From the NCBI GenBank assembly GCA_963815195.1, contig CAWFGE010000013.1, positions 864,001 through 928,000 of the forward strand: a DNA stretch of 64,000 nt. Direction: 5' to 3'. The notes under the pieces are model-generated. The model worked only from the letters and a program-made list of their open reading frames with translations. It searched no databases and had not been told where the DNA came from. Positions 20,071 to 30,410 of the stretch are shown piece by piece. Source of the DNA: an uncultured Planctomycetaceae bacterium (GTDB lineage Bacteria > Planctomycetota > Planctomycetia > Planctomycetales > Planctomycetaceae). Within the stretch, counting starts at the first letter, position 1; each line of letters begins with the position of its first letter. A program made the translations under genes and the position numbers.

Positions 20071-21114
20071 CTACCGCTGATAAATGGGCAGATAACCCTT
20101 GCCCAGTTGCAGGATGGTTGCGTTGATGGCGGTGGTGTAGACCGGGCCGATGTGCCCGTCCATCCAGGCGCCCTTATTGCTTCCGCCCGTGGACTGCGAC
20201 TGCACGAGTTGCCCGCCGATCTCCTCGAAGTATTTGGGCCACTGGTCTTCGAGGCGGTACATCACCTGGGCGTAATAGTAATGGGTATAGTGCCAGTGGC
20301 CTGAGAATTCGTTGACGTTCTTGCTCGGCCAGACGTTCTTTTTGCAGAAGTCGAGCATCAACTTGGCCCGCTCGGAATCGTATTCGCCGAAATTGAACAT
20401 CGCCGCCACCCCCGCCGCGGTAATCGGAGGCCGAGCCCCGCCGCCGCGGATGCTGTATTGGACGCCCCCGGCTTGGGCACCGGTTTTGATCGTGCATTTC
20501 CAGACATATTCCTTGCCCCGGTCGATGATGTCCTTGGACACGGGAATCCCCGCGTCCCGGCAAGCCCGGAGACCCTGCACCTGCGTAATGCAGGTCGAAC
20601 CTTCGTCAAAGTTGTTCCCATCCTTCGCCGACACGTATCCCCAGCCACCTTCAGGAGTTTGAGCGTCTCCGCAAAACTCCACGGCCTTGGTGAGCACCCG
20701 GCGGAGATCCGCCCGCCGCTCGGCGTCTTCTTCCTCTCCGTAAACCTGCGAAAGGAACAGCATCGAAAAGCCATGCCCATAGGTGTAGTGGTAGTCGTTT
20801 TGATAGCCGATCAGCCCGTTGGAGCGGGACGTGCTTATCAAATAATCCACGGCGAGGCGAATGTTCTTGGCGTACGGACCGCGTGTCGTGGTGGAACCGC
20901 TGGCCAATAAAGCATTTGCGGCGAGGGCCGTCATCGCGACCCGGTATTGTCCGCCGTTGGCTTCCCAATACCCTTGCCGGCGCTGCTCGCGGGCGAGGTA
21001 GTCGGTCGCGGACTTGATGGCTTGTTCGATTTTGGGGTCCAATTTTTCCGCCCGCGCGGACGCGGCCTGAACGAGAATCCCCGCCGCGGTGAAAACCATC
21101 AATACATTTCGCAT
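20071..21114 (-). CDS. secreted prenyltransferase/squalene-oxidase-repeat (alpha/alpha barrel) protein
   Basis: QW-like repeats (QRRQGYW, QTPEGGWGY), YGHGFSMLFL, signal peptide, AGGAG RBS. Confidence 0.82.
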   Translation of the reverse strand: MRNVLMVFTAAGILVQAASARAEKLDPKIEQAIKSATDYLAREQRRQGYWEANGGQYRVAMTALAANALLASGSTTTRGPYAKNIRLAVDYLISTSRSNGLIGYQNDYHYTYGHGFSMLFLSQVYGEEEDAERRADLRRVLTKAVEFCGDAQTPEGGWGYVSAKDGNNFDEGSTCITQVQGLRACRDAGIPVSKDIIDRGKEYVWKCTIKTGAQAGGVQYSIRGGGARPPITAAGVAAMFNFGEYDSERAKLMLDFCKKNVWPSKNVNEFSGHWHYTHYYYAQVMYRLEDQWPKYFEEIGGQLVQSQSTGGSNKGAWMDGHIGPVYTTAINATILQLGKGYLPIYQR

Positions 21115-21844
21115 CTGAGGCGCACTCCTGGAAAGAAAAGGCTCACACGAGGGCGAGCGACACCCCATTATCAGCAGAAGGGGGGAACGGGGCAACCAAC
21201 AGCAGGACGGAATTCGCGGGATAAGCTAACACCGATTTCCGAAAAACTCGGCGCGGCGGGACCGGGAGAAGCAGGAAGGCAGGGAAAAAGGAAACCATTC
21301 GCCTCAAGCGGCTTCCATTCCGCCCGACGAGGCGAATGGTTGCGGGGGTGGAATTGGTTGATGCCAACGCCTTCCGCCCATCCAAAAGGACGCCAATCCC
21401 TGGCGTCCATGTCCGCAAAGCCCGGTAGCCAGCGGAGCAATTCTCACAATTCAAACACCTGCCCTGCGCACCACAAAAGGTGTGCACAGAAACCCAGATG
21501 AGATCATCGATACAGAAAACGTCCAAACGGTTGGGAAGTGAACGGCAACCGTTTTCTGCCAAAGTGTACAAACCCCGCGAAATCCGATCAGCGGGTGAGC
21601 CCAAAGGATTTGGAATCGGGGCGCAAAAATCCGGCGGAAAAGTGGGTGCCCAAGAGAAATTGGCCCGCCCAGATTTCCCAGAATTCGCGATAGACATCCA
21701 ATGTATCACCGGAAAACATCGGGTCAAGGATGAAACGCCGCGGTCTCGGCAGATCCCGCGCGAAAACGGGATTTTGTGCTTATTTTCCAGGGGATTTGGG
21801 ATTTGAATTATTTTCGCCGCCCGAGTGTGCGGGGATTCCGCAGA

Positions 21845-22972
21845 CTATTTTCGGGAGAGATTCGCCAGCAGATTCTCATACAGCCCCGCATACGCCTCGC
21901 AGTTCGATTCCCATGTAAATCGTTCGCAAACAAGGGTTTGTGCTGAAGCACTTACGGCGGATCGGAGCGCGAGGTTCGTCAAAATCTCCACAACCCGGCC
22001 CGCCAGTTCGTCTGAATCCCGCGACCACACCACCAGTCCCGTCTGCCCATCCGCGATCAATTCGGCAATTCCTTCCACGGCCGTCGCCACCACCGGCGTG
22101 CCCGCGGCGAAGGCTTCCAGGACCACGTTCGGGAGGCCTTCCCAACGCGAAGGCAGCACCAACACGTCGGCGGTTTTGAGAAGCTCCGGCACATCCCGCC
22201 GCCAACCCAACACATGCACGAACCCGGCGAGATTTCGCCGCTCGATTTCCTCCTCCAGCCGCGCTTGCAAAGGTCCCCGGCCTGCATAAGCCAGGTGAAC
22301 ATTGCGGACGCGGGCTTGAACTTTTGGAAAAGCTTCCAAGAGCCACAACGGATCTTTTTGCGAATCCAATCGCCCGACGACGAGCATCAGCTTGGCACCA
22401 TTCGGAATTCCCACCGATGAGAGATCGGCGGGCTGAGCATTGGCGAAGCGGTCGGCATCGACGCCGTTGGAAATCACGTGCACCCGCGCTGCATCGAGTC
22501 CTCCTTGTTCAATCGAAAAGCGTGCGACATCCCGGCTCACGCAGACATGCGCCGCGACCCAGCGCTCGGTGAACCGATCCGCCCACAACCGCAGGCGCGA
22601 ACGCCGTTCCGCGACACGAATTCCCGAGACGATGATCGGCACATGCGCCAGCCGCCCGGCCAATCGGCCGAGGGTGTTGGCGTGATACAACCACGTTTGC
22701 AAAACCACCGGGCGAAATCCGCGAAGTTCGCGGACTAATCGCGGCAGCACCCCCAGGTCGCGCCAGCGTTTCGCTCCCAAACAAACCACGGGAACCTCGG
22801 CTCGATCCAACACCTCGGCAAGCTCGCCTCGCGGTCCCAAGCAGAACACCCGCGGCGAGAACTTTCGCCGATCCAGCCGCGTCACCAGCTCCACCAGCGC
22901 CCGCTCCGCTCCGCCGGGATCAAGTTCCGTGATACAAAACGCAATGCGAACTGGGGGTGTTGCGGTCGCCAA
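21845..22972 (-). CDS. glycosyltransferase family 4
   Basis: GGAERAL, VGRLDSQK, PSRWEGLPNVVLEA; start uncertain (ORF open to 23020). Confidence 0.9.
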   Translation of the reverse strand: MATATPPVRIAFCITELDPGGAERALVELVTRLDRRKFSPRVFCLGPRGELAEVLDRAEVPVVCLGAKRWRDLGVLPRLVRELRGFRPVVLQTWLYHANTLGRLAGRLAHVPIIVSGIRVAERRSRLRLWADRFTERWVAAHVCVSRDVARFSIEQGGLDAARVHVISNGVDADRFANAQPADLSSVGIPNGAKLMLVVGRLDSQKDPLWLLEAFPKVQARVRNVHLAYAGRGPLQARLEEEIERRNLAGFVHVLGWRRDVPELLKTADVLVLPSRWEGLPNVVLEAFAAGTPVVATAVEGIAELIADGQTGLVVWSRDSDELAGRVVEILTNLALRSAVSASAQTLVCERFTWESNCEAYAGLYENLLANLSRK

Positions 22973-23043
22973 TCTTCGCCGACTTTCTTCGCCAAAGTGA
23001 GCGGCAAGCCGCTGGACCAAACCAAAACCGCGCGTTGAACAAA

Positions 23044-23109
23044 TTAGCCGCAGGGCGCTAGCCCCGGTTCATCGCTGAGCGAACCGGACGCGAGCGCGTT
23101 CCGGTTGAT
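23044..23109. repeat. REP doublet (TAGCCGCAGGGCGCTAGCCCCGGTT..AACCGGACGCGAGCGCGTTCCGGTTGA)
   Basis: Inverted pair just after the rhaA stop; the same unit recurs at 35579-35640. Confidence 0.75.
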
Positions 23110-23111
23110 CC

Positions 23112-24383
23112 TCAGCCGCGCTCAGCGAGCACGTCGCGTTCGTAGCGGCGGATTTCGTCCAGCCAACCTCCGCCCGCCGGAACATCTTCCGTCAGGCAAT
23201 AATAATCCCAAACCGCACCGAAGGGCAGGCCTTTGATTTCCTCCAGGAGCGCCAATCGCGCGGTGAAGTCGCCAGTGTTTTCACAGTCCTTGAGCAGCGG
23301 CGTCGGTTCGAGAAGCGCCAACAAAAGGGCTTTGAGCAAGCTCCGCGTGCCGATGACCCACGCGGCCACGCGGTTGATGCTCGCATCGAAAAAGTCCAGG
23401 CCCCAATGCACCCGGCCGAGATAATCGTTGCGGACAACCTCCTGGGCGATCGCCCGCAGCTCATCGTTCAGAATCACCACGTGGTCGCTGTCCCACCGCA
23501 CGCCCCGGCTGACGTGCAGCATCAATTCCTCAACCCACATCAGCACCGAGGAAATTTTGTCCGAAATCACCTCCGTCGGATGAAAATGCCCCGCGTCCAG
23601 GCACAACAGCGTGCCCCGCTTCACGGCGTAGCCCAAATAAAACTCGTGCGAGCCGGCGACGTAGCTTTCCGAACCCAACCCGAACAATTTGCACTCGACC
23701 GCATCCCGGTTCCACCGCGGGTCGATCGCCTCGGACAAGATTTGATCGAGTGCATCGGCCAGGCGTTCCCGCGGGGTCTTGCGATCGATCGGCGCATCCT
23801 TGGAGCCGTCGGGGATCCAGATGTTCGTCACGCAAGGTGACTTTAACGCCTCCCCGATTTTCGCGCCAATCCGCCGGCAGGCGATCCCATGCTCGATCCA
23901 GAACTGCCGGACCGAGGGGTCGGGGTGCGTCAACGTCAGCCCGGCCTCGGCCAGCGGATGAGCAAAGAACGTGGGATTGAAGTCGATGCCCAACCCCTCG
24001 GCTCGGGCCCAATCGATCCAGCCTTGAAAGTGCGACGCGTCCAGTTCGTTTCGCTCCACGTTTTGGGAGCCGGTTTCGGCGTAGCTCGCGTGGAGATTGA
24101 TGCGATGCCGCCCGGGAATCAGGCTCCCCGCCTTCTGGAAATCCGCGCGGAGTTCGTCCGGCGTCCGGGCTCGCCCGGGATAGTTCCCCGTGACCGCCAA
24201 CCCGCCGCCCAATTCGGTTCCCAGCGACTCGAACCCCCGCACATCATCGCCCTGCCAGCAGTGGAGGGAAACAGAAATCTCCGCCAACCTCCGGACCGCC
24301 CGGTCCACATCCACGTTCCAGTCGGCGTAACACTCTTTGGCGATTTCGTAGGCCGAGGAAATCAGCTCAGGGGTTGGGGACAT
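23112..24383 (-). CDS. rhaA: L-rhamnose isomerase
   Basis: [53 protein letters not shown]. Confidence 0.96.
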   Translation of the reverse strand: MSPTPELISSAYEIAKECYADWNVDVDRAVRRLAEISVSLHCWQGDDVRGFESLGTELGGGLAVTGNYPGRARTPDELRADFQKAGSLIPGRHRINLHASYAETGSQNVERNELDASHFQGWIDWARAEGLGIDFNPTFFAHPLAEAGLTLTHPDPSVRQFWIEHGIACRRIGAKIGEALKSPCVTNIWIPDGSKDAPIDRKTPRERLADALDQILSEAIDPRWNRDAVECKLFGLGSESYVAGSHEFYLGYAVKRGTLLCLDAGHFHPTEVISDKISSVLMWVEELMLHVSRGVRWDSDHVVILNDELRAIAQEVVRNDYLGRVHWGLDFFDASINRVAAWVIGTRSLLKALLLALLEPTPLLKDCENTGDFTARLALLEEIKGLPFGAVWDYYCLTEDVPAGGGWLDEIRRYERDVLAERG

Positions 24384-24487
24384 CGATTTATCTCGCCGAA
24401 GAGAGTTGTCGAACGGTCATTTTTTCCACGCAAAATAGCCGAAGTCTGTGAATCTGTGCCAGGTGGACTCGGCGATTTATCAAACAT

Positions 24488-24604
24488 CAGAATCATGGGG
24501 CACAAAATCATAAAACCTTGACCTTTCGATTCTGCTTCCTGAACACTGCCGAATATGATCCGCCGCGACGTTTGCAAGCCATGATTCTGTGCCCCATGAT
24601 TTTG
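24488..24604. repeat. 24-bp inverted repeat (CAGAATCATGGGGCACAAAATCAT type)
   Basis: Arms 24488-24511 and 24581-24604, 22/24 complementary; degenerate half-copy at 38062-38085. Confidence 0.7.
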
Positions 24605-24841
24605 TGGCCTCTGCCCTCCAATTCCTATCCTACCCAAACCGACCACAAAGAAAACATACGCGGATTTTCCCGCAGAATCCGCACGACGGGTGCGTTCGCG
24701 GAGTGTCAGCGGAGTCATTTGGCCAGCCGTCCGCCGAGCGGGGCGGATTTGTGACGTAAACTAGCTGGGAGTGATTCATCCGGGTGGAGAGGTTCTTCAC
24801 TCAAGAGACCCCATCATGCGACCGGAAAGGGATCGAAAACG

Positions 24842-25804
24842 ATGGTCGAAGAAACACCGTCTCGAGCGCCAGGGGGTTCCATCGAAGAGCGGCTGCGCGA
24901 AATGGAAGGGCGGCTTCAGGAAAAAGAGGCCGAACTGGCCAAAAAAGACCGCACGGTTCACGAATTGACGCAGCGGCTGTCGCAAACCGCCGAGCGTTTG
25001 GACCGCTTCAAGCGCACAGGCTCCGACCGCAATGTCACGAGCACGGCGGCGTTTTCCAAGGAAGTCGTCGACCAGCAAACCGAGTTGGTGGCGGATCTCC
25101 AGCGGGCCGTGCAAATGTGGGAGGACATGCAAATCTCCTGCGGCCTGGGCCGGCTGGAAATGCAAGTCTCCGACCTGCAAGTGCTCTTTGAAGAGCACTT
25201 CCGCGAAGAGGAACCAGAACCCGAAGTCGCCTCCGAAGAAACCGGCGAGACTGCCGCGGAGGAAGCCTTGGTCGAAGAGGTAGCGGTCGATTCCGATTTC
25301 GAACCCGAATCGGAGCCGGCTCAAGAATCGTTGGCGGAGGAGGAACCCAAGGCCGACGATGAGTGGGAACTCACGGAGGAAGACGCATCGCCGATTTCGC
25401 CGCCGGAGATCGTGAACTTTGCGCAAGCCGATGAAGAATCACTAAGGCGGTGCGTCGAGCAGCAGGATGAATACATCGATGCTCTCTCCGCCCGTCTGCA
25501 GCGGACCGCGGAACGCAAGACGGCCGTCGATTGGGACGCGTTGGCGGAGGATCCCGAAAAGCTGGCCCGCACACTCGAAAACACCGTCGCCCGGCTGAAG
25601 CACCACTACCGGTTCACGGACTTCGAATTGACGCTGCAGCGGACGCGCCTCAAACGCCGGGAGCGCGACCTGCAAATGTTGTCGGAAGCCTTGGAAGGCC
25701 AGATGCAGTCGATCACCCAAAAATCCCCCGCGGCTCACGGCGACAACAGCCCGGGCGGCCGACGCTGGATGCGAATGCTGGGCATGGGTAAGAACGAAGA
25801 GTGA
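24842..25804 (+). CDS. hypothetical coiled-coil protein with acidic linker
   Basis: Heptad-rich N- and C-terminal parts, E-rich middle, C-terminal RRWMRMLGM. Confidence 0.75.
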   Translation: MVEETPSRAPGGSIEERLREMEGRLQEKEAELAKKDRTVHELTQRLSQTAERLDRFKRTGSDRNVTSTAAFSKEVVDQQTELVADLQRAVQMWEDMQISCGLGRLEMQVSDLQVLFEEHFREEEPEPEVASEETGETAAEEALVEEVAVDSDFEPESEPAQESLAEEEPKADDEWELTEEDASPISPPEIVNFAQADEESLRRCVEQQDEYIDALSARLQRTAERKTAVDWDALAEDPEKLARTLENTVARLKHHYRFTDFELTLQRTRLKRRERDLQMLSEALEGQMQSITQKSPAAHGDNSPGGRRWMRMLGMGKNEE

Positions 25805-25831
25805 ACGCAGTCTGCGATTCTCGGCGAGCCG

Positions 25832-26920
25832 TCAGCGGCCGGGTGAGGAAACCCGACCGGAGGCCGGGATCACGAGGCGGGCGGGCCGGGACGTTTGTGG
25901 GGGCACCAGGCGGATCGTCGCCGTCGTCATTTTTTGCTGATCGAACCGGCGGCCGTCGGCCAGTTGGACCTGCATGTCGAGTTGGCGTTTGACCTCGCAA
26001 TGCAGCGGCAAGCCCGTCTTGCGGTCGATTTCGCAATGCCCGGTCGTGCGCCCGCCCCGCGCTTGGACCTGCACATCCCCCGCCGGGTGATTGGAGAATG
26101 CGGGCGATTTCACCGGATCGATCGTGCCTTCCATTTCGATCTCGGCGAACTGTTCGGTCATCCGGGCCAGCGTGCAGCGCGTGCTGAGTTGAAGCGGAAT
26201 CGGACCGGCGAGCCGGCGATCGCATTTCCACGTGTCGCGCTCTTCCACCGTCGGCGTCGGCGGCAGAAAGCCGAGGTTTTCATCCACGAAGCTCGCCAGC
26301 CCTTCCTGGGCCGCGCTCGCAAAGGCCAGAACCACCTGCCGTTGCCGGTCGGGGGGCACATCGCGGATGCAGCGCTCGAGAAACTCGGGAAATCCCACGG
26401 GCTTGATCAGGCGGTGATCCGGGCTGATCCAAAACGAGAACCCGTTGCCGACGAGGCCTTTGTAGGGCAGGGCCTCCACGGGCAGCGGCTCGGCGGGAAC
26501 GGTGGAATCGAACGCGAACGACCGCCCCGCCACGTCCTGCCAATATCGCACGCGGTTATAGACCACGCTCAAAAGCTGACTTCCGTCCGGGGCTTCTTCT
26601 TCGAGCCGCAGCGTCACCGCGAGTTCCAAAGACGATCGGCTCGTCTGGTCGCCGCCGGGGATTTTTTGAACGAGAACCTGGTCCACGGTTTTGAGCAAGG
26701 TCGCGGGTTCGCGGAGCGAGAGCCGCAGCGCGAGCCGGGTTTTTGAAGCCGGGGCCGCGGGCGGTTCCTTCAAATTCGCATCGCGCACGTTGGAGAGCGC
26801 GGCGACCTCCTCCAGGACGTCTTCGGTGGGCGTTTCGTCCGAGGAGAACCACTGAGATCCGCCGAACAGCGCCAGGCTGCCCAAGCCCACGAGGCCCGCC
26901 AGCAAAACCCATGTTTTCAT
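25832..26920 (-). CDS. exported protein, DUF6263-like
   Basis: N-terminal anchor; FDST..LVGNGFSFWISP..IDRKTGLP beta-rich pattern. Confidence 0.65.
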   Translation of the reverse strand: MKTWVLLAGLVGLGSLALFGGSQWFSSDETPTEDVLEEVAALSNVRDANLKEPPAAPASKTRLALRLSLREPATLLKTVDQVLVQKIPGGDQTSRSSLELAVTLRLEEEAPDGSQLLSVVYNRVRYWQDVAGRSFAFDSTVPAEPLPVEALPYKGLVGNGFSFWISPDHRLIKPVGFPEFLERCIRDVPPDRQRQVVLAFASAAQEGLASFVDENLGFLPPTPTVEERDTWKCDRRLAGPIPLQLSTRCTLARMTEQFAEIEMEGTIDPVKSPAFSNHPAGDVQVQARGGRTTGHCEIDRKTGLPLHCEVKRQLDMQVQLADGRRFDQQKMTTATIRLVPPQTSRPARLVIPASGRVSSPGR

Positions 26921-27122
26921 TTTCTCATCCTTGAGACTGGGCGCGGAAGGATTGGCTCCAAACCGAAATTCCAGACGGTTTCAGAATCCGGGGAGCATAA
27001 CATCTCTCGGGTTCCGCGAGAAGACGGAATCCGCGACTTGGCGCAACGGGAGGGAAAAGGGATATAATGCCTCTGCTGGTTTCTCCCAACCAAGACCAAA
27101 GCTTCCCAACCCGATCGGTTTT

Positions 27123-27947
27123 ATGAGCAATCAATACATTGTCCGATATGGCCTCCAGCGGCAGCTCGGCGCGTTCAGCGTGAAAGGGCAGCCCCCCATC
27201 GCCCGGAATTCCGAGGTCATCATCCGCAGCGACCGCGGGATGGAGTGGGGAGTGGTCCTTTGTCAGGCGAGCGAACGCACGGGCGAATACCTGGGCCACA
27301 AGGAAGTGAAAGGCCGGCTCCTCCGCGAAGCCAGCGACGAGGATCGCGACCAATGGGACAAAATCCGCCTCCAGGAGCGCGAAGAGTTTGGCGGGGCGAA
27401 GCAAATGATCGCCGACCGCAACCTGCAAATGGAACTCGTCGATGTGGAGCACATCTTCGGCGGCGAGCGGATCGTGTTTTATTATCTCGCCGAGAAGCGG
27501 GTCGATTTTCGTGAACTGGTCAAAGCGCTCGCCAAGGAGTTTCGGGCCCGGATCGAGATGCGGCAGATCGGCGTCCGCGACGAGGCGAAGCTGCTCGCGG
27601 ACTACGGCGACTGCGGAAAGCCCGTCTGCTGTAACACCCACCTCCAGGAGATGCCCCCGGTCTCGATGAAGATGGCCAAGATCCAAAAGGCAACGCTCGA
27701 TCCCTCGAAGATCTCCGGCCGCTGCGGGCGGCTGAAATGCTGCCTCCGCTACGAATACGACACGTATGAAGAATACCGCCGGGAACTGCCGCGCATCGGC
27801 TCCACCGTGATGACCCGCCAAGGCCAGGGCCGGGTGATCGCCCAGGAGATCCTGGCCCGCAAAGTCCTGGTGCGGTTCGAGGACCATCGCCAGGTGATGA
27901 CCGATGAGAGCGAAATCGTCACCGTCGTACGCGGATCCGCGAGCTGA
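27123..27947 (+). CDS. PSP1-domain / YaaT (RicT)-like Fe-S protein
   Basis: RVDFRELVK, RIEMRQIGVRDEAK, DCGKPVCC, KISGRCGRLKCCLRYE. Confidence 0.9.
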   Translation: MSNQYIVRYGLQRQLGAFSVKGQPPIARNSEVIIRSDRGMEWGVVLCQASERTGEYLGHKEVKGRLLREASDEDRDQWDKIRLQEREEFGGAKQMIADRNLQMELVDVEHIFGGERIVFYYLAEKRVDFRELVKALAKEFRARIEMRQIGVRDEAKLLADYGDCGKPVCCNTHLQEMPPVSMKMAKIQKATLDPSKISGRCGRLKCCLRYEYDTYEEYRRELPRIGSTVMTRQGQGRVIAQEILARKVLVRFEDHRQVMTDESEIVTVVRGSAS

Positions 27948-27999
27948 CGATTTTCGAAGGCGACAAAGGAGCATTGCCCACAAAGGAGTCAAGGGAAAT

Positions 28000-30357
28000 A
28001 TGGCGACACAGGATGCAGAAGACGATGTCGTCTTCGAGGACAAGGGCGAGAGCGAGTTGGAACTGGATCTCAGCGTCAACGTCGCCGAGCGGACGGACGA
28101 ACGGCAGGGATTCGCGGCCCTATGCAGCCGATTGGGCGATGCGCTGTTGGTCGGCGACGGCCTGGAATCGATGATGCGGGAACTCTTGAACCGGGCCTTC
28201 GATTTGATCCCGGCTCAGCGAGGCTCCATCTGCGTGTACGATGCCGAGCGGCAATCCCTCGTACCGGTCGTGTCCCGCCGCGGACCGGCGGCGGCACCCA
28301 TCAGCATCAGCCGCAGCATCACGGACCAGGTGATCGACGAGAAGCGGGCCCTGTTGGTCACGGACGCCGGCGATGACGACCGCTTCTCCGCCTCGGAGAG
28401 CATCATGGCCATGAACATCCACTCGGTGATGTGCGCGCCGATGTATCATCACGGCGTGGTCGAGGGTTTGATTTATCTCGACACGGTCTCCAACGAAGGC
28501 GGGTTCTTGAGCACGCAGTTTGACGAAGAGCACCTGGAGATGCTGGTTGCAATCGCCGTGTTCGCGGCCGTGTGCGTGGAGAAGGCTCGGCTGCTCGAGC
28601 GGATCCAGGAGGAATCCGCCCAGCGTCTGCAGGTGGCCAACCGCATCCGTGTGATGCTGGACGTGGCCAAGTCGCTGTCGTCGGAACTCGACACGAACGT
28701 GCTGATTCGCAAGATCATGCAGAGCGCGCGGGAACTCATGCAGGCCGAGCGCTGCACGCTGTTCATGCTCGATCACGATTCCAGGGAGTTATGGACCAAG
28801 GTGGCCGACGGCGGGTTTGAGATCCGCATCCCGATGACCAAGGGCATCGCCGGCGAAGTCGCCACCGCGGGCCGGGTGCTCAACATTCCCGACGCCTACG
28901 CCGACCCTCGCTTCAATCCCGAAGCGGACAAGCAGTCCGGCTTTCGCACGCGGAACATCCTCTGCATGCCGGTGAGGAACAACGAGGGAACGATCATCGG
29001 CGTCACGCAGATGATCAACAAGATCGGCGACGGCCCGTTCACGATGGTGGACGAGGAACTCCTCGAAGCCTTCTCCGCCCAAACCGCCGTCGCCTTGGAA
29101 AACGCGATGCTGTTTCAGCAGACGCTCGAGATGCAGAAGTATCTGGAGTCGATCCTCAAGAGCATCACGAACCTCGTCGCCACCTTGGACAACGAAGGCC
29201 GCATCGTCACCGCGAACCATCCCGTGGAACCCTTCCTCGGCGTCGACGACGAGATGCTCCTCAAGCAGCCTTACACCCAATGGTTCGACGGCGAAAATGC
29301 GGACCTCATCGAAGACATCCGCCGGGTCCTGGCCGCGGACTCCAAGCCGGTCTATGTGGCCGATTACGAACTCAAGCACCACGGCAAAACGATCTCCCTC
29401 AATTACAACATCGTCCCGCTTCTGGACTTCGAGGAAGCCCAAAAAGGCGCGGTGCTCGTTCTGGAGAACATCTCTCAACAAAAGCGCGTGATGGGCACGC
29501 TCGCGCGGCACTTGGGCTCGGGAGTCGCCCAGCAACTTTTGGACGGCGAAGAGAGCCGGCTAGGCGGAGTCCGGCAGGATGTGACGATTCTGTTTTCCGA
29601 CATCCGCGGCTATACGTCGCTCACCGAGTCGATGGACGCCGGCGAAATCGTGGCCATGCTCAACGATTACTTTTCGCTGATGATCGACGAGATTTTCGCG
29701 GAAGAGGGCGTTCTAGACAAATATATAGGCGACGCCCTCATGGCCGTGTTCGGCGTGCCGTTTCCTTCTCCCGCCGATGCCGCCCGCGCCTGCCGGTGTG
29801 CGCTGCGGATGATGAAGTCGCTCGACATCTTTAATGGCCGGCTGAAACGGCAAAACCGCCGGCCGATCGCCATCGGCATCGGCATCAACAGCGGCGAAGT
29901 GATCTCCGGGAACATCGGTTCGGAGAAGCGGCTGGAATACACCTGCATCGGCGATGCCGTCAACCTGGCGTCCCGGCTGGAAGGCGCCTCGAAAACCTAC
30001 GGAGTGCCGATCATCCTGCAGGAAACGACGAGGCAAGCCATCGGGCCGGAGTTTCTTGTCCGCGAACTCGATCTGATCCGCGTCAAAGGCAAACAGCAGC
30101 CGGCCCGGATCTACGAGTTGCTCGGTTCCAAAGACCAAGGCATCTCCGCCCCGCTGGCCGATGCCCTTCCGCATTTCGATGACGGCTTGAAGGCGTATCG
30201 AGCCCTGGACTTCGCGGCGGCGGAAGAGCATTTTCAGCGGGCCCACGCGCTCGCCGGCGACCGCCCCTCCAAGCTGTTTGAGGGCCGCTGCGAAATCCTC
30301 AAACAGCAGCCACCGCGACCCGATTGGGACGGCGTGTGGGAAATGACGACCAAGTAG
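28000..30357 (+). CDS. class III adenylate cyclase with GAF-GAF-PAS input domains
   Basis: Two GAF domains, a PAS-like segment, FSDIRGYT, DKYIGDA, YTCIGDAVNLASRLE, C-terminal WDGVW. Confidence 0.92.
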   Translation: MATQDAEDDVVFEDKGESELELDLSVNVAERTDERQGFAALCSRLGDALLVGDGLESMMRELLNRAFDLIPAQRGSICVYDAERQSLVPVVSRRGPAAAPISISRSITDQVIDEKRALLVTDAGDDDRFSASESIMAMNIHSVMCAPMYHHGVVEGLIYLDTVSNEGGFLSTQFDEEHLEMLVAIAVFAAVCVEKARLLERIQEESAQRLQVANRIRVMLDVAKSLSSELDTNVLIRKIMQSARELMQAERCTLFMLDHDSRELWTKVADGGFEIRIPMTKGIAGEVATAGRVLNIPDAYADPRFNPEADKQSGFRTRNILCMPVRNNEGTIIGVTQMINKIGDGPFTMVDEELLEAFSAQTAVALENAMLFQQTLEMQKYLESILKSITNLVATLDNEGRIVTANHPVEPFLGVDDEMLLKQPYTQWFDGENADLIEDIRRVLAADSKPVYVADYELKHHGKTISLNYNIVPLLDFEEAQKGAVLVLENISQQKRVMGTLARHLGSGVAQQLLDGEESRLGGVRQDVTILFSDIRGYTSLTESMDAGEIVAMLNDYFSLMIDEIFAEEGVLDKYIGDALMAVFGVPFPSPADAARACRCALRMMKSLDIFNGRLKRQNRRPIAIGIGINSGEVISGNIGSEKRLEYTCIGDAVNLASRLEGASKTYGVPIILQETTRQAIGPEFLVRELDLIRVKGKQQPARIYELLGSKDQGISAPLADALPHFDDGLKAYRALDFAAAEEHFQRAHALAGDRPSKLFEGRCEILKQQPPRPDWDGVWEMTTK

Positions 30358-30410
30358 CCGCGGCCTCTCCTCCCAAAGCCGACTGTTGTCCTGTCCGCGC
30401 GGACTGGGCT

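Noticed and set aside
23112..24383. rhaA without rhaB/rhaD as a novel pathway
   Set aside because: Scattered sugar-pathway genes are common and partners may lie outside the window
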